Source of the DNA: Candidatus Latescibacterota bacterium
GTDB lineage: Bacteria > Latescibacterota > UBA2968 > UBA8231
Length of the DNA stretch: 64,000 nt
NCBI GenBank assembly: GCA_965219385.1
Contig: CBDCNM010000002.1
Location: forward strand, 406,639 to 470,638
Reading direction: 5' to 3'
Both the position numbers and the translations under genes were made by a program. The notes below the pieces were generated by a model that was not told the origin of the DNA, made no database searches, and was given only the letters and a program-made list of their open reading frames with translations. Below are positions 33,111 through 40,969 of this stretch, piece after piece (position 1 is the stretch's first letter; the number at the start of each line of letters is the position of its first letter).

Positions 33111-34638
33111 GCTCCCGTTCCTCGAGTTGGTTCTGCAGGTTCGCCGAGCGGTTGTACAACTCTTCAGCGACGTCTTCATAATCCGGCGGTTCCACACCCT
33201 CGCTGCGGTCGAACGGGATTTCCTCCACCGTCGAACCCGCCGACGTTTCATCCTTGCGGAACAACCAGATTCCCACCTCGCTGGGCCGAAGCGAGCTGGG
33301 GAGTGATTCACTGGCCTCTGTTCCCAGCTCCCCTTCCCGTATCAGGTTTCCGATCTCCTTGAGCAACCAGTCGCTATGCGTCGTGACCAGCACCCGAACC
33401 CCGGCGCGGACCATGCGGGCCAGGGTCACCGCCATCCGGGTCTGAGCAGCGGGATGAAGGTGAGCCTCCGGCTCTTCGATAATGAGCATATCGCCACGGC
33501 CGACTGCTCCGCGGAGAAACAGCACGACCGGAGCGAGCTCAGACACCATGGAAGATGCGCGTGACAGGCGGATGTCCTCTTCCGTTTCCCGCGGACGGTA
33601 GACAAATTCCGGATACCCTCCCGATGGGGGCCTGCTGGTCCGTATCTGCCCGGCAAGCGCCTCACTCTCGAAAGCGTCGGCGAGGTTTTTAATGAGTTTG
33701 TCAGGTACTCGATCCTCTTCGTAGAGGATGAGCCGCTGCATGAAATCCGCCATCACGCCTGAGAACGTCGGAAGCTCTGGAAAGCGTTCAAGTCCCGCGC
33801 GGGTGGAGCGAGCCACGAGGGAACTAGCGATGACGCGGTGACTCTGCATGATGCCGCTACGGGCGGCCGGCAGGTAATGCGTCCCACCTTGACCGTCAAC
33901 GGCGGCGGCCATGTACAAGAGTTCTTCAAATAGATACCAAAATTTCCGTGGAGATTCGATTCCTCGTATCTCTTTGATTAATCCCTGGAATCGGTTAAGT
34001 CGCCGGCCGAAACTTGATTCCGTAGCCGACCATCCTTCCGGGAGGAGGACCATGTCCTCAATTCGTCCTTCGGTGGTTACTCCCGATTTCGAGATCCCCA
34101 TGCGGAAACGCCAGAGGTCCCGATCTTCTTCGCTGACGGCCAGCGAAACCCTCATACTATCGCTGTGCGGAGAGAATCGCACTAGATCAGAAACCAACTC
34201 GAGATCGAAACAGCGTTCGAGTTCGGTCTTTATATCCGCACCTAACAACTCAGGATCCTCAAGAGCAGCCTGTGCTACGTCGCGCACACTTGCGGGCAGG
34301 TCCGAGAACCTGAACGTCCGCCCCTCGGTCTCCAGCGTTTCGAGAAAATCCTGGAGTTCTTCTTTCCAGACGTCAGCATCCACGGCCGACGATTTGTCGG
34401 GTCGAAGACCTTGCCAAAAATGATAAAGATGGCTGTACGGAAGCCGTGGATATCCATTCATAATCCGGTGCAACGCGTAGATCAGAGTGGCAAAGTACGT
34501 CTTGCCGGTGTTGCTCGGACCGACGAACACCGTCAGCGGCCGCAGATCTACGGTGCCGCTCGCGATGGGTCCGAAATTCGTTGCCGAAATCTGGACGTCG
34601 GGATGTGCCAAGGTGGTGAATCCTCCAGGTTCATTCAT
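33103..34638 (-). CDS. ABC-type AAA ATPase (AAA_15/AAA_21-like)
   Basis: NFGPI, VGPSNTGKT, YLPAARSG, ASSMVSELAP, IIEEPEAHLHP, TTHSD. Confidence 0.88.
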   Translation of the reverse strand: MNEPGGFTTLAHPDVQISATNFGPIASGTVDLRPLTVFVGPSNTGKTYFATLIYALHRIMNGYPRLPYSHLYHFWQGLRPDKSSAVDADVWKEELQDFLETLETEGRTFRFSDLPASVRDVAQAALEDPELLGADIKTELERCFDLELVSDLVRFSPHSDSMRVSLAVSEEDRDLWRFRMGISKSGVTTEGRIEDMVLLPEGWSATESSFGRRLNRFQGLIKEIRGIESPRKFWYLFEELLYMAAAVDGQGGTHYLPAARSGIMQSHRVIASSLVARSTRAGLERFPELPTFSGVMADFMQRLILYEEDRVPDKLIKNLADAFESEALAGQIRTSRPPSGGYPEFVYRPRETEEDIRLSRASSMVSELAPVVLFLRGAVGRGDMLIIEEPEAHLHPAAQTRMAVTLARMVRAGVRVLVTTHSDWLLKEIGNLIREGELGTEASESLPSSLRPSEVGIWLFRKDETSAGSTVEEIPFDRSEGVEPPDYEDVAEELYNRSANLQNQLEEREHE

Positions 34639-34705
34639 TGCGAGTCTCCTGTTTTCGGGCTGAGCTTCCCGAACTATTTCGATTCATTTAACCGAGGCTG
34701 CACCA

Positions 34706-34789
34706 TCATTTTACCCGAAACACCTTCATCACCTCGTCCCCCAGGTGATAGATCACCTTCACGGAGATGCGGCCGGATGAGGGCTTGGG
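34706..34789 (-). repeat. MTase 3'-end remnant R2 (PKPSSGRISVKVIYHLGDEVMKVFRVK*)
   Basis: Translated by hand; matches MTase end AKPTSGRIAVKVINHLGDEVMKVFRV. Confidence 0.9.
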
Positions 34790-34810
34790 TGGTTAGGATA
34801 ACTACCCGGT

Positions 34811-37800
34811 CTAGGTGGGTGGCTCGTCGCCAGCACTCTCCCTTTCCTTACTCGGACGAGCGAAATCGGAACTTTTCGCGTACCGCACCTCGGGGAGCGG
34901 GTCTTCCCCGGCACTCTCCAACCAGCGAGCAACAGTCGGGTCGTCGCCGAAGCCGCATTCCGCCATTGCCAAGGCAAGATGAGCGCAGGCCCATCGCAGA
35001 AAGGGTACGTCGACGTCCAGATCATGCTCTCTGTCGTACCGTAACTCCTCGATCATATAACCGAGACCTTGCAACGCCAAATGACGTATGGCCTCCTTCT
35101 GTGCGTCGTTTCCTTCGTCAAATACCCACTTGGCGATCTGTAACGCTAACGCCTGTGCCAGAACTGCTTTCTTGCGAGTGGCGATTATGATGCCGATTTC
35201 TCGAATCAGGTCGTCTGACGGGGGCCGGATCTGTGAAGCAATTCCGGCCGACGTCGTCAACCAATGATATAATCCTGCCGCTGCGTCTTTAGCCAGATCG
35301 ACATGGTCGGATACCAATCCCATCCTCATCGTCAAAATGAGTTCATCAAAGCGGTTCGGCATGGCCTTGACGAGACCGGCTATGAGTCCGAATCTGGGAA
35401 GTCTAGACTCGTTCAAGTTCTTCATTTTTTTATAAAGTTTTTCACCGATAGACTCAGGAATTTGGATTTCAGCAAGGATCGAAGACAGACTCACGAGCGC
35501 ACGACGGGTGGGTTCGTGGAGTTGGCTCGCCATAAAAAGGAAGTCTTGAACTGGCACCGGAGTATCTGACCACTGCTCGACGACTTCAATCAGGTAGGAC
35601 CGTTCGTCTTCCGATAGATCCAGCGAACGTCGATGATTCTTCAAGCCGGATATGGCGTTCCCGACCTGCCAGAGAATATCGTCGAGACTGGGTGCATTTT
35701 CTTGTGGCACACTGCTGGCGGTGAGCCATTTGCAACGAAATCGCTGTTCCGCCAAGCCTGTCGTCGGCTCGGGAAGTAGGAGAAATACCCACTCATACTC
35801 GGAGAATGGGGTTGCGCCGGGTAGATCGTTGGGACTGGTGTGCTTTTCGCTCCAAAGAGCCTGGGCGACTGCGACAGCTTCAGCTTCTGTTAGCCGCTTC
35901 TCCAACTCCACAGGCGCGATTCTAAGAGACGCTCGCTTGCGTGCTTCACCGCCAGTATGTAGGCCACGTACCAACAAACTGACGACTTCCTGCCAGCGGC
36001 TTTCGTTGTCACCTGTACGAATGGGTGGAGGAAGATCGTCTTCTACGTCTTTTAGGAGTTCTCCAGGGTCTGGATAACGGAACTCGGGGGCTGTGAAGTT
36101 GTCCATCCCGATAATCGGCGCACTCAACAAATCGAGAAGAGAAGCGGTTCGGCGCTCTTCCGGCAGAGCTTCCCAAGAGCGTTTAAGGACATTTCGGACG
36201 GGATCTGGGAAGAACGGATGGCGAGCTAAGTGGTCGTTTCGATAGTATTCAAGTGCCCTGTCGAAAACGCCCTGCACCATATCCGGCTCTAGCCGCAAGA
36301 CCAGCCGCGACAGCGCCTCCATTGCGACACTCACCCGCCCAATCCAGGATACGGGGCGGTGCCCACGTGCATCCGTGCCAACCATCCGGGGTAGCGCATA
36401 CTCGATCACGCTATTACAGATCTCGGCCAGTGCCCTCGCTGAATCCGCCGACAAGGCGGCCACGCGAGTACGCGAAAGAACTCGCATGAGCGTTTTGTCG
36501 TGATCGTTTGTCGAAACTCTGAGCACCAGACGGACAGCCATTTCTGGGTCGGAAGTGGACAGTTTTTCCGCAGCTAACTTCAAGATATCCGTAGCCACTT
36601 GCATGTGATTATTAACAGACGGAGGCAACCCGGCTACTTCGGAGAGGCGAATTGCCCGGTAAGCGGCACCCCGGGAATCAGCATTAGAGAAGCTCTGACC
36701 TTGTACCCATCGCGTTCCAAGATCAAAAGACGGGGCTTCTTCCGTTTCTCCTTTACCCTTAATAGCATCCGCGATATGGTGCTTTTCCGTAAAGGCATTG
36801 CACTTCAGCGGTGTAAGTTCATCCCATCTCTTCATAAGCACTTGCCGATTATCGTCTCGCGCCACTAACCACAACGCCCAACCCTCTCTTGATGGACCAG
36901 CTAAGCTGAGGTCTCCGGTAGGCATTTCTCGGATTATCGCAAGTGCGTGTTCGATTAACTCTGTCGCTTTATCGTGCTGACCCGTCTCAAACAGCAAGGC
37001 AGCTTTTCGCATCATCCAGACTGGGTCGCAATTTTCGGTCCGCCAGTCTTTGAGCAAACCGTCCAATGCCTCAAAGTCCATCGAGTACATCGTCCACAGA
37101 CAGCGTTCGTGACGAATCCGATGGTCAACATCAAGATCGTCTTGGAGAAAGGGCGACAATGCCTCGATTCGCTGCTCGAATACGTCGTGATCAAAACTAT
37201 GTCGTGCAATCGTTACAAGTGCAAGCGCAACAGTTCGCCAAGCCTCTCGAATGGCCGCCCATTCGACCTCAGGATAGGCACTACCGTCATCAGGATAGGC
37301 GCTACCATCAATGGTGCGGTTTTGGCAGTCTATTAGCTTGAGGACATCTTGTGCGGCGGACTCGAATTCAGATGAGATTGGATCCAGCAGGATTTCTCGG
37401 CGCCACACCAATTCGCGAATGGCTTTTAGTCGTTCTACCGGAGTAAAATCAGGAAGCTTATTCAGGATCTGCGATTCCCATATCTCTGTCTTCCAACTCA
37501 TTGAATCTCGCGCATTTGTAGGGACGGCTAGCCATCCTGGATAGACTGTTCTGTTGTGGGTCCAAACGTTCAAGATGTTCCCTACGGAAAATTGTTCGTT
37601 CGGTTCGTCCTTAGGTTCGTCAGAAGTGACCTCTTCGACAGGCTGAATGAGTTCCGGTACCGGCGAATGTTGCCAGTTTGGCCGTGAGGGCCACTCAGAG
37701 ACGTCGTAAGGCCGTCCACGTTCCAGTGTGCGCAAGAGCCACTCGGTTGCATATTGGTGACGAAGGTGCTCCGGCCATTTGCCAGCCTTCGGATGGAGTG

Positions 37801-38578
37801 CAAGATCAATTGGAACCACATTGCGGTCTTCAAGCATTCGGCGTCTGTGGGGTGATAACTCCAGCCATCCGGCTATATATATCTTCGGTGCCGCATCCCC
37901 CAGATTGTCGCGCACCCATCCCGACCACTGTAGGAAGTTCGGATCGTCACCGGAGAAACCAATCAGGCAGAACACGGTTTCCATCATTGCTTGCTGCACC
38001 GTATTGACGAACGGAGCAAACTTTGTCGGATACGTCCGGTAATCTTCTTCCGTGAAGATAAGCGGGAAATGCGAGGGAAAGGAACCGTGCAGTTTGACGA
38101 TCCGCGGATGGTTCGCCAGCGGAATTTCGTCCATATTTCGGACGACGCTGTATGCATGATCAGCCACGGAAGTACGCGCCCGCTCCAAAAGGGTGTCCCA
38201 ATTCGTGGTGAAGACATCGCGCCAAGGAAGGCGTAATAGCCGGGTATGTATGTCTCCGGGCAGGAAGTCGTCATCCCGGATCGATTCTCTGAGGAAACGG
38301 TGGCGATCACCCGGTCCGAATGCGGCCTCATATTCTTGGGCCAGCCGCAAGAAATCGTTCTTTGCGGGTCCCAGATCGTTGTCTCCGTCTTGTGGATACA
38401 GCTTGTCATAGATCGCTTTTGCCACCTCGCGCCATGTCGGAGGATCGTTTGCGTCGGGTCGAGATTTGAGAGCATTTCTACTGAATCCGCTCCCAATCAT
38501 GACGGACGCACCACCGCCCGAACACTTCCAGAGGGCGTCGCGGACTCGGTTGATATGACTTTGGTCAGGGACAGACAT
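34811..38578 (-). CDS. Large SIR2-domain protein (defence-associated sirtuin-like)
   Basis: IGSGFSRNA, FTTNWDTLLE, KLHGS, IGFSGDDPNF; ~950-aa helical C-terminus. Confidence 0.85.
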   Translation of the reverse strand: MSVPDQSHINRVRDALWKCSGGGASVMIGSGFSRNALKSRPDANDPPTWREVAKAIYDKLYPQDGDNDLGPAKNDFLRLAQEYEAAFGPGDRHRFLRESIRDDDFLPGDIHTRLLRLPWRDVFTTNWDTLLERARTSVADHAYSVVRNMDEIPLANHPRIVKLHGSFPSHFPLIFTEEDYRTYPTKFAPFVNTVQQAMMETVFCLIGFSGDDPNFLQWSGWVRDNLGDAAPKIYIAGWLELSPHRRRMLEDRNVVPIDLALHPKAGKWPEHLRHQYATEWLLRTLERGRPYDVSEWPSRPNWQHSPVPELIQPVEEVTSDEPKDEPNEQFSVGNILNVWTHNRTVYPGWLAVPTNARDSMSWKTEIWESQILNKLPDFTPVERLKAIRELVWRREILLDPISSEFESAAQDVLKLIDCQNRTIDGSAYPDDGSAYPEVEWAAIREAWRTVALALVTIARHSFDHDVFEQRIEALSPFLQDDLDVDHRIRHERCLWTMYSMDFEALDGLLKDWRTENCDPVWMMRKAALLFETGQHDKATELIEHALAIIREMPTGDLSLAGPSREGWALWLVARDDNRQVLMKRWDELTPLKCNAFTEKHHIADAIKGKGETEEAPSFDLGTRWVQGQSFSNADSRGAAYRAIRLSEVAGLPPSVNNHMQVATDILKLAAEKLSTSDPEMAVRLVLRVSTNDHDKTLMRVLSRTRVAALSADSARALAEICNSVIEYALPRMVGTDARGHRPVSWIGRVSVAMEALSRLVLRLEPDMVQGVFDRALEYYRNDHLARHPFFPDPVRNVLKRSWEALPEERRTASLLDLLSAPIIGMDNFTAPEFRYPDPGELLKDVEDDLPPPIRTGDNESRWQEVVSLLVRGLHTGGEARKRASLRIAPVELEKRLTEAEAVAVAQALWSEKHTSPNDLPGATPFSEYEWVFLLLPEPTTGLAEQRFRCKWLTASSVPQENAPSLDDILWQVGNAISGLKNHRRSLDLSEDERSYLIEVVEQWSDTPVPVQDFLFMASQLHEPTRRALVSLSSILAEIQIPESIGEKLYKKMKNLNESRLPRFGLIAGLVKAMPNRFDELILTMRMGLVSDHVDLAKDAAAGLYHWLTTSAGIASQIRPPSDDLIREIGIIIATRKKAVLAQALALQIAKWVFDEGNDAQKEAIRHLALQGLGYMIEELRYDREHDLDVDVPFLRWACAHLALAMAECGFGDDPTVARWLESAGEDPLPEVRYAKSSDFARPSKERESAGDEPPT

Positions 38579-38607
38579 GGATCACCAGTTGCGTTAAACC
38601 CAGAACA

Positions 38608-38838
38608 CTATGCAACATCGGGCAGGCTCTCCGCTAGTTTTTGACGGAGTTGCAAATAGTAGCGGTAGTCATTGGCCCAATCGACGAATACTGCGTCGTC
38701 GGATAGTTGCCCCCGGCTGTACTGGTCAAAGAACTCTTCCGAATCCATCTGTTGCTGATTTTCGTAGGTACTCAATCTCTTGGTCACTGCAATCAGCGCG
38801 TCAATGGGCGAAGTGTACTGGATGATCTGTTTTTTCAT
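38608..38838 (-). CDS. TumA-like antitoxin (no toxin gene follows)
   Basis: SPIDALIAVTKRLSTYE..MDSEEFF..DDAVFVDWANDY. Confidence 0.6.
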   Translation of the reverse strand: MKKQIIQYTSPIDALIAVTKRLSTYENQQQMDSEEFFDQYSRGQLSDDAVFVDWANDYRYYLQLRQKLAESLPDVA

Positions 38839-38891
38839 GGGAACCTCTTCTCGGTAGTCAGTGAGTGACAGCAATCCTCGTTACCCGATCC

Positions 38892-38914
38892 TCACACCCG
38901 AAACACCTTCATCA
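38892..38914 (-). repeat. MTase 3'-end remnant R1 (MKVFRV*)
   Basis: TCACACCCGAAACACCTTCATCA, 22/23 identical to 40970-40992. Confidence 0.85.
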
Positions 38915-39115
38915 GGTTTTTCTATCTTTGGGTGCTCGCACGTCTTCGATTGGAGCCACTCGACGGGCCGGGTAGCGCACGTACTTCAGGCCCGACTTGG
39001 CCTGTTGTTCCCGGAGTTTCCAGAAGATCTCCTTGATGTCGTAGCCGCACTGAGCGGCAAGTTCGTCTCGTATGGCGCGAACTTCAGCCACGATAGGGTC
39101 ATTTCTCATCGTCAA
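38912..39115 (-). CDS. Small TA-associated protein (typically downstream of a PIN toxin)
   Basis: DPIVAEVRAIRDELAAQCGYD; overlapped by a remnant ..PEELMEEDIDDEK* resembling a PIN-toxin C-terminus. Confidence 0.5.
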   Translation of the reverse strand: MTMRNDPIVAEVRAIRDELAAQCGYDIKEIFWKLREQQAKSGLKYVRYPARRVAPIEDVRAPKDRKT

Positions 39116-39212
39116 TGTCCTCCTCCATCAGTTCTTCAGGGGCGGCAGGCCCCGGCGGCCCTGTTCCTCGACCCCGGCGAGTAGATGGAAAAGCGGGGCT
39201 GAAACCTGCATT

Positions 39213-39248
39213 ACCGAATTCGGGGCCGAGGAAGATGCGGCGCGCTTT
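39213..39248 (-). repeat. Internal MTase remnant (KRA-IFLGPEFG)
   Basis: Aligns to 41550-41586 (KRAGIFVGPEFG) with few mismatches and one gap. Confidence 0.7.
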
Positions 39249-39403
39249 GCAATGGTCACCGGCCACTGGCCGCGGCGATCCTCATCTCGGGTTGATGATG
39301 AAGTTCCACGGCGCAACACAAAAGGGACGACTGCCCCTACGTCCTGATCCTGGGTCTATCGGCCATCCTCCCACCATGGCCGGTGTCAAACTGCTCCACA
39401 TAT

Positions 39404-40849
39404 CTATTTCAATTTTTCTAGTATTTCTCTTATATATCGAGGTGGACTAATCCCGATTTCGTTTACAAAAGACACAATGCTCTCGAAGTCATCCTGCAAT
39501 AGAAAATTTACCTTAGCACCGCTATTCTTACACCTTGAAAAATCCCGCTCCGCCGTTTTCCACTTTTCTAAACACAAAAAGACTGCTCCGCGAACATAGT
39601 AGGAGTAACCACCAAGAAAGTTCTTCTCGTCCCGCTCTACAACATCATTGATTTCGTCTAGCGCAGCGACGTACTCTTTTGTTTTGAGTTTCAAAATCGC
39701 TAACTTACAAGATGCTACCAAATCCCAATTACCTTTTACTTGAATCAAGTCCTTATTCGTTTTTGCATTTACATAGTCGATCTCGGCCCTATCATACTCT
39801 CCGCTTCTAAAATATGCATCACCTCGTTTGACATATAATCTATTCGAAGAAAAACACTCTATCGCCTTTGAAAGAAAAAAGATAGCCTTTTTGTACTCGC
39901 CTTTCCTGTAATAAGATGCGGCGAGGTTTGAATAAGATTGGTCCGATGGAAAAACCTCGACGGCTTTCGTAAATTCGCGGATTGCGTTATCGTACTCACC
40001 CTGTTCATGAAATGCTGTTCCTCTGCCATTATACGCTATCCAATTAGTAGGGTCATAGGTTAGAATCGTATTGTAGCTAGTTATGATTAGATCGTTGTAT
40101 TTGGTGGTCGTATCATCACTTTTTTCGCTATCGAGTGGTAGACTCTTCCGTGCCTGCTGTCTCATCACATTTCGAAGCGCTTCATGCATGGATTTGCCTA
40201 CCGAATAACTTTGAATGAACCCGATCAGGTCATAGTAGATAGTTCTTGCACTTACATCATAGAATAAACTTAGATACTCCATCATGCCATCTTTAATGTC
40301 CTTCGAAATCGGAATATATTGGGTCGTATCAACGAAACCTTGAGGAGATTCAATAAACACGCTCCTCTGTGCCATAGCTCGCGAGTTCAAGTTATTAGGA
40401 CGTTTAATCCAATCCTTTATTGCATCGGTATTCTGGATATAGACACAGCCATCTTCTTCATGAAAATCGTGACATGCGAAAAAGAGTGCGATGTGAACAC
40501 TTGATGTAAAATCGATCAAATTGGTCACTCCGCCATGGTGACGGAGGTATGTCAGAAGTTCGAAATCATCACTTAACTCTCCACTATATTCCTTAGCTTC
40601 TTCGACAATCTGTGCCTGAACATCATTCAGATGCACTTTACTCATGAACTTTTTTCTGACATCTTCGGACATTCCATCAAAAAATCCCAACACGTTATTG
40701 CAAGCATATTCTCGCCATAGAGTTGAAGAACACGGACGAGGATACTTTTTTGGCTCTCCCCGAAAGATACATTCTTGCCATCTGCCGCAGTAATCTTCTA
40801 TGCTTTTGATCGTTTTACGTATTTGACCTGCGTGATGTTTCCAATACAT
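39404..40849 (-). CDS. FRG-domain protein with TPR repeats
   Basis: IFRGE, RHHGGVTNLIDFT, ALFFAC, RAMAQRSVF; C-terminal TPRs; AT-rich. Confidence 0.85.
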   Translation of the reverse strand: MYWKHHAGQIRKTIKSIEDYCGRWQECIFRGEPKKYPRPCSSTLWREYACNNVLGFFDGMSEDVRKKFMSKVHLNDVQAQIVEEAKEYSGELSDDFELLTYLRHHGGVTNLIDFTSSVHIALFFACHDFHEEDGCVYIQNTDAIKDWIKRPNNLNSRAMAQRSVFIESPQGFVDTTQYIPISKDIKDGMMEYLSLFYDVSARTIYYDLIGFIQSYSVGKSMHEALRNVMRQQARKSLPLDSEKSDDTTTKYNDLIITSYNTILTYDPTNWIAYNGRGTAFHEQGEYDNAIREFTKAVEVFPSDQSYSNLAASYYRKGEYKKAIFFLSKAIECFSSNRLYVKRGDAYFRSGEYDRAEIDYVNAKTNKDLIQVKGNWDLVASCKLAILKLKTKEYVAALDEINDVVERDEKNFLGGYSYYVRGAVFLCLEKWKTAERDFSRCKNSGAKVNFLLQDDFESIVSFVNEIGISPPRYIREILEKLK

Positions 40850-40969
40850 CTCGTCTTTCCTCGTTCGATATTTTATTTCGACGGTAGTCTGATATGAGCC
40901 AAGCTTTGATTTCGCCGCCCTCTATGCCTATACGCGCTGGCGTTCATTCCGTCAGAATCGATAGTTTAA

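Noticed and set aside
32532..33311. 259-aa ORF from the track
   Set aside because: Composite of an off-frame ATPase end, the nuclease N-terminus and the MTase remnant; not one gene
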